The notes beneath the pieces were generated by a model. It was not told the DNA's origin. It searched no databases and worked only from the letters and a program-made list of their open reading frames with translations. A stretch of 63,296 nt of DNA, filler included, from Reclinomonas americana ATCC 50394 (Eukaryota), in the NCBI GenBank assembly GCA_048213135.1. It is 4 parts of 3 records of this genome, joined end to end, with 100 filler letters (N's around TTAATTAATTAA, not from the genome) between each part and the next. Parts side by side here need not be neighbours in the genome. Positions count along the whole stretch, not along the records: positions 25,777 to 46,432 come from PS015513.1; 3 more parts are not named here. One strand, written 5' to 3'. The position numbers were made by a program, and so were the translations under genes. How positions within the stretch are numbered: position 1 is the stretch's first letter; each line of letters starts with the position of its first letter. Positions 25,803 to 38,501 of this stretch are shown here, one piece after another.

Positions 25803-26597
25803 TCACGATCGCGTGCGTGCACTGGGGAAGAGGAGGCGCACACGTGCGCGGATGCTGGCTCGGCGGGCGGCGGCCTCGCGCTGCCACTGTGCGTCGTCGT
25901 CGTCGGGCGTCCACAGCGGGCCGAGCTGTGCGCCGAGCTCAGTAGTGACCGTCGGTGCCTGCAACACAAGAGTGGCAACGGTGAGTGTCAATTAACAAGA
26001 AAAGTTAGTTGATGGTTTCGCGCACCGGGCACGCCACGTGCATGATCGGAGCCGCCTGTGCCGTGAGCCGGTGAGTGAGTGAGGGCGGGCGGGAGAGCAC
26101 TGCAGAAAAACGGTCTGTCATACCGCGTCTACAGGTTCGGCGGTAGCGGCTGACTCGAGAAACAGCCCGTCAAAGTCATGCTCCGCAGTTGTCCGTTTCG
26201 GCGAGGTCGGCAGCAGCAGAGACAGGCGCGGAGGTGGCGGTGACTCCCCAAACAACGAGTCGACTTCGATCGTGTCGGAGGGGGGCGAGTTGAAGTGGTG
26301 GTGGTGGTGGTGGTGGTGGTGCGGTTGAAGTGTCGACATGCAGGACTTTGTGGTGGTGGTGGTGGGAGGAGGAGGAGGAGGTGTAGGTGTAGGTGCTGGT
26401 GCGGGCGGTGGTGGTGGTGGTGGTGGGAGGAGGGAGCGTCGGCGTCGGGTGTGCATGGGAGCTGGGGTGGGGGGATGACGAGTCGAAGGAATGGATTCGG
26501 TGTTTGCTTCAAGTGGGTGGATGGTGGTGGTCGAGGATTGTGGAGTGGCGTGGCGTATGTTGGGGATGTTTGTGTGGTGTGATGTGCGTGTAGTCAT
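25803..26597 (-). CDS. Pro/His-rich hypothetical protein, 5' part (runs into the scaffold end)
   Basis: ORF MTTRTSHH...AEPVDA followed by GTATGA, then a downstream exon ...LGPLWTPDDDDAQWQREAAARR. Confidence 0.45.
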
Positions 26598-27746
26598 GGT
26601 GGTGAGTTTAACTGCACTCGGGCCGGAGGCGAAGGAGAGTTTCGCGAAACAACCAATAGACTAATTTTTCGAGCAGTGTTCAGGAAGGGCGGAGTGGAGG
26701 GCCAGATGCATGAGTCGGGATTCGCATGTTTGTCTGTGTCATGCACTGGGGAGAAAGATGCGGAGTATTGCGCCGTTGTAATTGCATGCAGCTTTCAATC
26801 ATGTGCACGTGATGCTGCATATTTGCAGGTGACCCATGGACTCACCATCAATCGTCTGCAGCCTCACGGCTGTGGGCGATGATTGCAGGGAAGCACCTGC
26901 ATTCGAGGCAGCGCTGCGTTCAATTTGTCGTGCACGTGGCAGCTGCAAGCCCACAGCAAGCGCTCTCCCGCGACATCAGGATCGATTGATCTCCACAACT
27001 TTGAATACAGCCGGGGAGGAGGTGGTTAACTTCGGTACCGCACGCCACTCATACACGTGTACTCAGCCGGCTTACTGGATTCCCGAGATTTCGCAATACA
27101 ACCCAAGGGATTTCGTTACTGCGCCATAAGATGCACAGCGATTCGCCGCTGTCCGCCTTGACTGATGAAAACTTCTCATGGCCATGGTCGATGTCGACAC
27201 ATGCACTTGGCTCTTTATTGATTCGGTTGCGTATATACCCCCGCGCAACTATGGCATGTTGTCGCCACTGGCGTGATTGATTCCACTGACCTACGGAGCG
27301 CATGCCTTTGGTCAGCCACGCGTTGCGACGCACGTAATTGGACAAGGCAGGAAAGGCAAGCACTTCCTCGCGAAAAACCACTCGCCTCCCTCGCAAGTCC
27401 CCCTGACCCGCTTTCTTCGCAAACACCGCCGCCGTCTCCGCCTCCCGCGAGCGTCACTACATATCCGCTATAGTTCGCATATCCCGTCTGCGAGAACTTG
27501 TGACAGCGACAAAAATCGTCTTTCCTTATCGGGCGCACACCTGCCAATTCCGTAAGATGCCGCAACCTCCAATTTTCACCCTTGTTTGATTTTTTTCGCT
27601 GGTGCTTGGTGAGCAGTGACCGTCGACACCCAAACCACCCCCGCCCTCGATTTCCCCTCCTCGCCTCGACAGTGCCCACCACCACTTGAGACAACCACGC
27701 CTTGCCTGCGCTCCGGTATCAAATTCACTCACACTGCCCGCAAATT

Positions 27747-29692
27747 ATGATCATGTCAGAACGTGGCCTGTCGCCCTCCTCTCCCACCTCATCCACCTCC
27801 TCGTCATCAACCGCACCCACCGGCGGCTTCCCCTCACGGCGTGTCACACGGCGAGAGGTGTGTGTGTGCTCTCTCTCTCTCTCTCTCCTCCACTCCACTC
27901 TCTCTCACTTGTTTGTGTTCAGACTGCACTCCTCGAGGACGTGTATCAACGCAATCCGTACCCAACGCGCGAAGAGAAGGAGGTGTTGGCCAACCAGCTG
28001 CAGACATCATGGTGCGTGTGTGTGTGGGCGTGATGCGTTTTGTGTGTGTGTGCACGCGACTCGCTTTTCCCATCGTGCATCTTTCTTGATGCCCTAATTT
28101 CCCCTTTTATGGCGTTGGTGAGCCTCGACGTGTACATACCTACGTGTTTCTCTCTCGCGCTCTCGATGTGCACGCTCGCGCATCGTCCGCTCGTTGTTTC
28201 TCAGTATGCTACGCGTTTCGTATATCGCTGTTACGCTCACTGTCGCACATCTTTTGCGGCATGTCCGTGTTCGGATGTTATTGTCTGTGTGTCTCGTGCA
28301 CTTCTGTGTGGGGCACTCGCTTCGTACACGCACACAGCTATCTCCCTTCGTCGTATCGCCTTTGTGTCTCTTTAGACTGCGCATCGCGACGCTGATGAAA
28401 AAAAGATGCGCTGTCCTTTCGCACGTGTTTCTGCCTTTTTTGTCTTTTATAATTGGTGGGCGGCATCTTTCTTATCTGATGCAATGACAACTGTTGCGTG
28501 GTTCCCTTCCTCCTCGGTGTCTCTACTTTCTTTTGTGGATCTCTGTCTTTGTTCCATTTCTCTCTCTCTCTCTCTCTCCGACATGCATTTTCTATTTCCT
28601 TTACTTGTCTCTCCCCTTCCCTCTTGATGATGCAGTGACAGGTGCTGCGTGGGTCTCTTCCTCCTCTCTCTCTCTGCTTTCTTTGTGGATCTCTGTCGTA
28701 GTTCCATTTTCTCTCTCTCTCTCTCTCTCTTTTGCCACTCTAGATCTGCATCTCTTCATTTCCTTCCATACTTTTTCTCTCTCTCTCTCCTCTTCCCTCT
28801 TGATGATGCAATGACATCTGCGTCGATCCCTTCCTCCTCAGTCTCTCTGCTTTTCTTCGTGTCTCTCATTCTCCCCTCCATTCTGCCATTGCACATCTCT
28901 TCCCATTCATTTCCCTCTCCTCCCTCTCTCCTCCCTCCCTCCCTCCTCACTCACCTTCTCCTCCTCCTCCTCCTCCTTTCCCCCACCACAGGAACGTGAT
29001 CAACATCTGGATGCAGAATCGCCGCGCCCGCGAACGCAAGATGCTCCGCGAACACGGCATGGATCCACCTCCTCGCCTGCCTCCAGTCGGCGGTGAGACG
29101 GCGACCACTGCTGTCGATGGCATGGTCGGTGTCGAGTATCCGTATCACCAACATCAGCACCACCACCACGCGCAGCAACATCAGCATCACGATGCGTACT
29201 GCCAACTGCCGCCACCACCACCACCGCGCATGTTTGTGCCGCCGCCGTCGATGGATGTCGACCACGTGTATGGTACCGTGCAACCGATGGCGGCCCCCGC
29301 ACGAGCTTCACCTTCGCCCTCCGCCACGTCGTCGTCGTCGAAGCGCGGTGGTCGTAGCTCCACGGCCGCCGCCAACAAGGCCATGGGACATGCCTGGTCG
29401 GCACACTCGCTGTTTGACGCCAGTGGCGGGCAGTGGACCGACGGCCGGTCGCCCTGCTCCGACGATGTCTCCACCACGTCGTCGACCACAAGTTCCTCCA
29501 CCACCAGCGCCTCGGGAAGGTGTGTGTACAGTATCTCCGTATCTGTATCTGCTTCTCCACTTGTTTTTTTCACACCCAACTCCTCTCCATGAGTTGCAGT
29601 TCGACTGCCTCACTGCTGCAACAGTTTTCGCGCACTCCCGAGACCCCATCGCCGTTTGCCAGTGTCGCCGCTAGCTATGCGCGTGCGATACC

Positions 29693-29724
<32 letters not shown>

Positions 29725-30718
29725 TTTTGTGCGCACCTGTACTGCCCGCTGCCGTGGTGGTCGTGCATCCGTCGGCTGCAGTTTACGCACCGCCACCGCC
29801 GGCCTCAGCGGCGGTGCCGGCCAGCGAGGTGTCACTGCCGCGCGAAATGTTTGAGCCGCTGCACTTTGCCACTGTGCAAACGCAGCTGGCGTCGCACTCG
29901 GGCATGGTGATGGTGGTCGACTCGATGTGGAACATTCGCTTCTGCAATCCCATGACGCGCGATCTCATGGGTCTCACGGAGGCCGTGGCCAGTGTTCCGT
30001 TGCGTACACAGCACAGACGGAGAGTGGGAGGAGACAGTGGGGGAGTAGAAAGCACTCTTGTTTGTTCTTCTCCACTTCTCCGTCACTCAAGTCCACTTCC
30101 CTGTTTCACTTCTCTCTCACACCCTCTCTCATTCGCTCACGGTATTCCCTCACTCTTCGTGCTTGTTGCTCCCCTCATACACGCACTGTCTCCTTCCTCT
30201 TGCGACTCTCTCCTTCCCCTTGTGACTCTCTCCTTGCCCTTGTGACTCTCTCCTTCCCCTTGTGACTCTCTCCTTCCTCTTGTGACTCTCGCCTTCCCCT
30301 TGTGTCTTTCTCCTTCCCTTTGTGACTCTTTCCTTCCCCTTGTGACTCTCTCCTTCCGCTTGTTACTCTCTCCTTTCTCTTGTGACTTTCTCCTTCCCCT
30401 CGCGACTTTCCCCTTCCTCTTGTTGTCCCTCCCGCTGACCTTCTTCTCCTCCTCCATTGCAGTCTGAGCACTGTGGACCTGCCATGCACTCCGACGCTGT
30501 TCGAGGTGCTGGGCGCGATGATCAACGGCGGTCTCAACATGTGCGTGCGCACCTCGCCACCGTGGGTGGTGCAGAGATCGCCCAAGCTGGCGTATGGCGT
30601 CTCTGCTGCGGCCTCCGAGAGAATGGTGGTCATGTCGTGCGTGGGCCGACAACTGGTCGACACGGATCAGTTTGGCGGTGCACTGTTTGCGGTGGTGACC
30701 ACGGTACACCCGGTCTAA
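27747..30718 (+). CDS. Homeodomain transcription factor with a C-terminal PAS domain
   Basis: Spliced homeodomain RRVTRRE-TALLEDVYQRNPYPTREEKEVLANQLQTSW-NVINIWMQNRRARERK. PAS-like segment SGMVMVVDSMWNIRFCNPMTRDLMGL...GGALFAVVTTV. Confidence 0.85.
28475..28860. repeat. Three diverged ~150-175-bp intronic direct repeats
   Basis: TGATGCARTGACA...CTTCCTCCTC...CTTT blocks at ~28477, ~28629 and ~28804. Confidence 0.65.
30190..30420. repeat. 20-bp intronic tandem repeat
   Basis: TGTGACTCTCTCCTTCCCCT, about 11 copies, inside the intron that splits the PAS domain. Confidence 0.9.
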
Positions 30719-31056
30719 CGCAAACCTGCTGCTGCCACTGCTTTTTGAGTTTTTTGTTGATGTTGTCATCATCTAGACATTTTGCGAGTTTTTTCCCTAT
30801 TGTTAAGTGTTTTGCGAGAATTTCCCTTCCCTTCCCTTCTTGGTGCGGCTACGGTGGGCGTCCGTGAGCGGGACCCACATTTTTGCTCCTCTTATAGACC
30901 GTTTTTTTGGTGTTGTCGTCAACTGCGTGTGTACGAGTATTTGTTCCTAATCATAGACGACTTATTACTGCACTTGTGTTGTACGAAGAAAACAATTTTT
31001 GCATTGAAATGAATCCATCTTACATGACGCGCGCGGTCCATCATTCCCTGTGGCTA

Positions 31057-34000
31057 CTACAGATCGTCGGCAAAGCTCACTGCCTGGTGTGCCAGCTTGC
31101 AAAAGTTGACAAACTCGTCTCGACTGCGTCAATGAGTTTGTTGTTAGTGCCTGCCACACAGTACGTACTGCTGCTCTCTCTCCCTCCTCTTCTGTCTCTC
31201 TCCCACGCGTGCATCCAGTGACTGAGTACTGCTCCCTTGCTGTCTTGTCCTCCTCTCGCCCACTCCTTGATTGCTTCAGAGTAGAGTGTCTCGGGGTATT
31301 GTTCTTTCCCATTCACTTCGTCTCTTCTTCTGTCTCTTTCCCTGCTGCCTCAGAGACCCGCCCCTTTGCTTATACACCTCTCTTCTCACTCTCCTCGCTG
31401 ACTCTGCTGCGCAATTACACACAAACTACACATTGTATCGGGCTTCACGACAACAGGCTGCATGTGCTCACGAAACAGAGAGAGAAGGAAGGAAGAAGAG
31501 CTGTGAAGAGCTGATTTTCTTCTGCCAGCTGTAAGCAAATACTCTATTCCCTCCCCCTGCTCCCTCCCCCCCTCTCCCTTCCCATCTACCTGAGTACACC
31601 ATCCGCATTGCGATCGAACGCGCTGAGCAACTCGGCCATGTCCTCCGCCGTCGGCTCGGGTGTCAGCGCCACCTCGGGCGACAGCTGGATGAGCACTGTG
31701 TGTGTGCGACACAAGAGACGTGAGTGGCACTCAGTGAGAAGCTGGCGACATCATCAACGAAGCACGTGCCTTGTCGCAGCTCGAGCACCGCCACCAGCAG
31801 CTCATTCTGGTCAATGAATCCACTCTTGTCGCGATCGTATCTTGTGAACACCGAGGCGACCTCGTGCACAAACTCGTCCGAATCGAAATACTACGCGCAT
31901 GCGGACAGACTGAGTGACGGCGACAGCAAGTGATAGAAGGTCACCAGAAGGCACCTCGCGCATTTCGGCCAGCGAGCGACCGGCAGGAACTTCCGCACTC
32001 TCGGCATCGACATCACCCACCGGTACCGCCAAGTCTACCTCGTGTTCTTCGTCGGCACCGTCGTGTGACTGACAACGACGACGTAGTGGGTGAGTGCGAT
32101 GCGATGCATGGGAACCAGATTTTGTGCGGCGCAACGCACCTGCGCACGCTGTTCTGCGAGTGCGGCTGCTTGCTGCGCCCTGATGAGCACCAGCATTACT
32201 TGCTTCATGTAGATGCCGAATTCTTGCTCGCTCAAAACGCCTGGCGAGAGGAAGCAATCGTGAGTTCACGCACGACTCCGCATACACATCACGGCGCACA
32301 CCATCGTGATTGCGATCGAGTTGGTGAAGAGTGTCCCTCGATTGCTCCTCTGACGGCGGCCGCTGCTCCAGCATGGCCGGCTGCACCGAGGCCAGACGAT
32401 TCCACACATCGCACACGACCTTGTGAATCTCCTTCTCGTCGATAAAGCCAGACGAATCACTGTCGTAAAAGGCAAACGTCGAGGCGACAATCTCGTTGAA
32501 CTGCTCCGATTCCAAGAACTCGCCAATAACATCAACCTCGCCATCGCCGGCCTCCTCGCCCTCCTCCTCCGCCTCCTCCTCCTCGTACTAAACATCACGA
32601 GACAGTGAATAGGTGAATACTTGGCAACAAAATGTGGCTTCGGCTACTCAACTCTTGCCGATGTCGGTGCCGAGAACTGCAGCACGCAGTGTCGTCAGAC
32701 GGCGAGACTAGACAATCAAAGACAACTATTCCACACAAACCTCCACACCGCTGGCCACCAACTCCTCCACTGTCAGCATTGTCGACAGCACGTGCCGCAA
32801 GAACACGGCAAACTCGTCGCGGTCGAGGAACCTGAGTNNNNNNNNNNNNNNNNNNNNNNNNNNNNNNNNNNNNNNNNNNNNNNNNNNNNNNNNNNNNNNN
32901 NNNNNNNNNNNNNNNNNNNNNNNNNNNNNNNNNNNNNNNNNNNNNNNNNNNNNNNNNNNNNNNNNNNNNNNNNNNNNNNNNNNNNNNNNNNNNNNNNNNN
33001 NNNNNNNNNNNNNNNNNNNNNNNNNNNNNNNNNNNNNNNNNNNNNNNNNNNNNNNNNNNNNNNNNNNNNNNNNNNNNNNNNNNNNNNNNNNNNNNNNNNN
33101 NNNNNNNNNNNNNNNNNNNNNNNNNNNNNNNNNNNNNNNNNNNNNNNNNNNNNNNNNNNNNNNNNNNNNNNNNNNNNNNNNNNNNNNNNNNNNNNNNNNN
33201 NNNNNNNNNNNNNNNNNNNNNNNNNNNNNNNNNNNNNNNNNNNNNNNNNNNNNNNNNNNNNNNNNNNNNNNNNNNNNNNNNNNNNNNNNNNNNNNNNNNN
33301 NNNNNNNNNNNNNNNNNNNNNNNNNNNNNNNNNNNNNNNNNNNNNNNNNNNNNNNNNNNNNNNNNNNNNNNNNNNNNNNNNNNNNNNNNNNNNNNNNNNN
33401 NNNNNNNNNNNNNNNNNNNNNNNNNNNNNNNNNNNNNNNNNNNNNNNNNNNNNNNACGTGTCAGCCACATGCCGGCAGTCCGTGCACATGATGCTCAACA
33501 ACAAAAAAACACACCCGTCACGATTAAATCGATCAAACTGCGACATGGCCGCCTGCACCTTGTCAAAGGTCGGCGCCTCCTCCTCTGCCACCGTCGGTAC
33601 CACTTGCGCTAGTCCTGCAACAGTCCAAGAACTATTCAGAAACAGTCGATCCAGATCAACAACGCATTTCCTCTCTGCAGCTCAACTGTTCCAGAAATCG
33701 AGCACGGCATTAAGCAATTCGTGCACATCGATCGAGCCCGACTGGTCGTGGTCGTACGCGGCAAACGACTCGTCGAGAATCACCGCAAACTGTGGCGATG
33801 CGAAGAACTTGAGGAGGAACTCGGTGTGTTCACCGCCGGTATCCATGCCACGCAGGTCGCCGTCGACAGCCGGTGGCTATTTATCCAAGATTGGTGAGAA
33901 ACATCATGCATACACACACGCGCGCGCATCACCTCTTCCCCCACTCGCTCACAGACTCACTGACACACACAGCACACACATCTGAGAACACACACAGCAC

Positions 34001-35545
34001 ACATACACACACACAGCACACATACATCGGCGAACACACACACATCTGCAAACACACACACACCACCTCTTCTCCCACTCGCACACACACACACACACAT
34101 CTGCGAACACACGCACCACTTCTTCCCCCACTCGCACATACACAACAGAGACACACAGCAGAAACACTTCCAAGCAGCGATGCTTACCATCCACGGACGC
34201 GAATCCACCTGCAAATCAACGAGAGCGGTCAGTACGACAGAGAGAGTCGGGCTTCGTAAATCAACAACAGCAGCGAACGCACCCGCAAATACTTGAGCAC
34301 CAGATCGCCCACAAACAGAGCGAATTCGTTGCCGTTGAGATCGTCTTGCGACGTGATCAACGAGAGCACCGATCTCGCAAAGTCGGTGGTTGGCGGCGGA
34401 ATCGAGGACAAGTCCGGAATGATACCGGTAAGATCTGGTGTGGGGCCAGCGATGAATATCCTTCGCAGCGCGAAATCACCAACGACAAGGCACGAGCGGG
34501 TGCATCACGCAACAGTCCCAGATTTGCGGCACGGAACGCAGCACATCGCGTGCATCCACCAGGCCCTCACCCGTGGCATCCCACTCCGAAAACAGTCCCT
34601 CAATCACCGCCTGCTTGAAGTGATCCGACTGCAGCAGCTCCTCCATCGGATCGCCACCACCCGCTCCCGGGTCGCCCAGCTCATCGTCCCCTGTGTCCTC
34701 GTACACACCCGCACTGCCGTCTGTCTCATTGTCGAGACCAATCGAATCGCCGGCCTCGAACTCAACAGCCGCATGCTGCGGATGATTGTCGATGGGAGCT
34801 GCCGCAGAGGCGGCCGCTGCAGACACAGCAGAGGCAGAAGCAGGCGCAGGAACCTGTGCCTGTGGCTGCGACACCGCCGCCGTCGCCGACGGTGGCATGT
34901 GCGACTGACTGCCCTTTGCCGGCGCGGGAATGTGATGCTTGAGCGTGCCAGGCGGCAGTCGGCGCACCGCTCCCGCCGGTGCCCCCACCGTCAGCGCCAC
35001 ATACGGTCCACCCTCCTTCTCGTTGGCCTTGTGTCGCGCACGCAGCTTGTCGGCAATCTCCTCCTTGACGTGCTGCCCATCTGTTGCCTCGTTGATGAGT
35101 GATATCACAGAGATGAACGGATGCCCTTTTCTCTCTCCCAGTGTGTGTGTTGTACGTATCACTGTAAAGTTCCCTTGCGCTCTCATCTCTTCCAGGCCTC
35201 GTGTCTCTGCCTTGTTGCTGCGTGCCTCTCTCTCTCCCTCTCTCCCTCTCTCTCTGTGCCTTGTTCTTCTCTTTCTCTCTCTGCAGCTCACCCTTCGCAG
35301 TCTCCTTGTACTCTGGAAACGGCAGTGGATGACCACCACATTCGGCCAAGAAGCTGCACCACACACGCATCAGCCACACACATACACAGTCTTCCTTCTC
35401 CCTCTCCTCAGACTCACTTTGCAGCGAAATGATACAACGACGACGGTTTGGCGCGAGCCACTGCCTTGATCAGCTTCTTCACGGCCTCGGCAAGCTGCTC
35501 AGGAACAGGCACTTGTTCCACAGAATGCAGCTTTGAGAAATCCAT
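31057..35545 (-). CDS. RIIa dimerisation/docking domain plus multiple EF-hand pairs (radial-spoke RSP7-like architecture)
   Basis: N-terminus VPVPEQLAEAVKKLIKAVARAKPSSLYHFAANFL (RIIa). EF loops DHDQSGSIDVHE, DSDSSGFIDEKE, DRDKSGFIDQNE and DRNADGVLSRDE. Spans an N gap. Confidence 0.85.
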
Positions 35546-35622
35546 TGCTCGTCACAACGATTGAAAACGACTGAGGTCTGTTCGTCGGCCGGATGGTGAA
35601 TCACACATCGGAAACACGCACA

Positions 35623-36296
35623 ATGGTGCGTCGAGGCTCTCTCTCTCCTCTCTCTGTGCACTGCATGTGCCTGTGCGCTTGTGTATGTGCAACTGTGTTC
35701 ACTGACATCGCATGTGCGGGCAGGCTCTGTCACTTGAGTTCTCGGCACAAAAGTCGCTGCTGCAGTCGCTGGAGGCGGTGCACAATCAGATCGGTGTGTG
35801 TATATGTGTGTGTGTGTGTGTATACACATGTGTGTGTCTGTGTCTCTCTATACATGCGCGCACACAGTGCGTGTGTGTGAGTGTGTGTGCGCATGCTCGA
35901 CAATGTCCACTCACACTCTCACTCTCTCTCCACCAGGCGTGGCCGTGATGAACAACGACGGACACATTGTGGAAGTTGCGTCTCTCTTTGCTTCCTCCTC
36001 CTCCTTTGCCTCCACAGCAATCTCATTGGAGAGCATGTGTGCAGAAATCTGGCGAGGTGTCGGAGGACGACGCACAGCAGATCTTTATGCTGCTGCAAGA
36101 CACACACAGCTTGTTGAGCACGGTCGGTGATCCGTCGCTGCAACGTGTCACCAGTTGCGACTACGTGTGATGAGAGAAAAAGGAGAAATGACTCTTTGAT
36201 TCACCCTCTTTTCCGATTGCAGTCTCGTTCCGTGCCGCGTCGTATGTCATCACCATGGGCAACGATCGGATATACGTGGTCAAGAAGCGCTTGTGA
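35623..36296 (+). CDS. LAMTOR4: Ragulator complex subunit LAMTOR4
   Basis: M-ALSLEF...LEAVHNQIG-VAVMNNDGHIVE-KSGEV...LQRVT-ISFRAASYVITMGNDRIYVVKKRL*. Roadblock-fold pattern matching LAMTOR4 (LExxxxQxG...R+x+xF...+xVVK). Confidence 0.8.
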
Positions 36297-36385
36297 TGGA
36301 GCTGGTGTTTTGTTTTGTGGGCGATCTGTGTGGAGAACCTCTTGAGGGGGGGAGGGGAGAGAATTAACCGAGTTGTGTGTGTCAT

Positions 36386-38437
36386 TCATTTATCGCTTCC
36401 GGTCATGTGTACATCGCCGCGGCCTCCTCCACTTGCTCCTCCACCGCCGCCTCCTCCCGCCATTGCGGAAGATGCGGAGGCTGACGAGGGTCCGGTGGAG
36501 GAGCCATTCGCTGCTGATGCTGCCGCCGCTGCCGCTGCCGCTGCGGCTGCTGCTTGCGCGGCCGCCTGCTGCTGCATCTGCTGCTGTGTGGTGGTGGAGG
36601 AGGAAGAGGAGGAGGACGACCCGGATGTTGGCCAGCCTTGGATGTGCATGAGGTAGCGCAGGTTGCGGTCGAGATTCTTCATGTTGCTGCGCTTGGGATC
36701 GTTGGAGCCGACAGTCTGCGTGGCGAGGTGAGAGCGATGATGCGATGGGGAGCAGGGACCGCAGACACACGCAACCACAATGTTGACTGAGGCACACTTG
36801 GGCGGCAAGTGCAATCCGTTGTCCTTGAGCTGGGTGCGGAGATCGGTGACCAGGCTGTCCAGGTGACTCTTGTCTGCGTCGAGGGCATGAGGTGGAAGGA
36901 ATCAAGAGGCGGCGGAGCGAAGAGCAAACGTAGCGCAACGCTCAAAATCAAGCGAGGTGAAGCCGCAGTCAAAGGCCGAGTCGCTGGGATGAGAGACGTG
37001 AGAGCACCGCAAGTGGGAGGAGAGAGAGAGAGAGAGAGACGACACGGGACGAAACATGGCATCGAACAGGGCGGTAGCCTCGGTGCGCGTCTGCTCCAAC
37101 AGGGCGCGAGCCTTCTCCACCGCCGTCACATCACGATCGCACGTGTTGTCTTCGCGCTGCCGGCACATGTTCTCAAACTGCAGTCTCCGCTGCTTATCCT
37201 GCACAAGCACCAGTGAGCCGACACAAAAATGGACTGCCGCCCTCGCTGCACGCAACAAACGGCGGCGCCTGTGCTTGTGGAACGGTGTTAGGAGCGCGCA
37301 TTGCCAGTGCTTGTTGTTGTTGTTGCTGCTGTTGCTGCTGTTGTTGTTGTAGCTGCTGCATCTGTAGTTGTTGTTGTTGCTGTTGTTGCTGCTGCTGCAT
37401 TTGTTGTTGTTGCTGCTGCTGCTGCTGTTGTTGTTGTTGTTGAATGTACTGCTGCTGCTGTTGAGGGTGCATGTGCTGCTGTTGTTGTTGTTGCTGTTGC
37501 TGCTGGTGGATGGCGGCGAGCTGCTGTTGGTAGATTTGCTGCTGCTGCTGCTGCTGTTGCTGCTGCTGGTGTTGTTGCTGTTGCTGCATGTACTGCTGCT
37601 GCTGTTGTTGCTGTTGTTGCTGCTGTTGCTGCTGCTGTTGTTGTTGTTGATACTGCGCAGCGGTCACTCGTGCCGCTTGCTGCTGCGGCTGTACCTGCTG
37701 CTGAACCGGCTGCTGCACTTGCTGCACGGGTTGCTGTTGCACTGGCTGCTGCTGCGTCGTATAGTACTGCATCGGCTGCGGCGCAACCATGGTCTGCGAC
37801 GCGGTCGGCGTCGCCGCAGTCGCCACCACCTGGCCCCTCGGCATCGCCGCCATGTACTGTGGCGTCGACGGCGCCGCGTACGTGGCAGGCGACTGATTCT
37901 GCTGTGGAGGCTGCTGCGGCACCGGCGGAGGTGGCTGCTGTAACCTCTGTTGCTGCTGCTGCTGCTGTTGCTGCTGGACCATGGCTTGCCACTGCACCGC
38001 GAATCACACTGTCAATCACATCGATTCGCACACACATCGACACACACGCGCACCTGTTGCTGTTGCTGCTGTGGATGTTGTTGTTGTACAGGCTGCTGTT
38101 GCTGTTGCTGTTGCTGTTGTTGTTGCTGCTGCTGTGCATAGTACGCTGCTGCTACAGCTGCTGCGTGTTGTTGTTGCTGCTGTTGTTGTTGCTGTTGTTG
38201 CTGTTGTTGTTGGTGAGTCACTGCCATGAACGCTGCTGCTGCTTGCTGCGCTGTGTTGGAGCCATAGTGTGGCTGTGGTTGTTGCTGTTGTTGTTGAGGT
38301 GGTGCCTGCGCAACCACAGCTCCATATTGTGGCGGCACTGTTGTCGGCGGTGGTCCGTGTGTGTGCGCAACAGGAGGCGGGGGAGGAGGTGGAGGGAGTG
38401 ACGGCTGAGCGTATGTTGGCGTGTATGGGTAACTCAT
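36386..38437 (-). CDS. Poly-glutamine protein with a small C-terminal helical domain
   Basis: MSYPYTPTYAQP, long CAG/CAA tracts, then spliced PPF-DKQRRLQFENMCRQ...NLDRNLRYLMHIQGW. Family not recognised. Confidence 0.75.
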
Positions 38438-38501
38438 CGCACTGACACAACAACAACGAGAGTCCAACACGACCGACGCTTGTTGTCTGTCCTGCTGTGT
38501 T

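Noticed and set aside
26600..27700. Short ORFs or a possible ncRNA upstream of the homeobox gene
   Set aside because: I recognised no consistent splice model, protein motif, or tRNA/snRNA signature.
28475..28860. TGATGA boxes suggesting intronic C/D snoRNAs
   Set aside because: I saw no properly placed CTGA D boxes or terminal stems. The boxes are part of a pyrimidine-rich repeat.
37213..38401. Long poly-Leu, poly-Cys and poly-Ala ORFs on the + strand
   Set aside because: They are antisense shadows of the CAG/CAA poly-Q gene.
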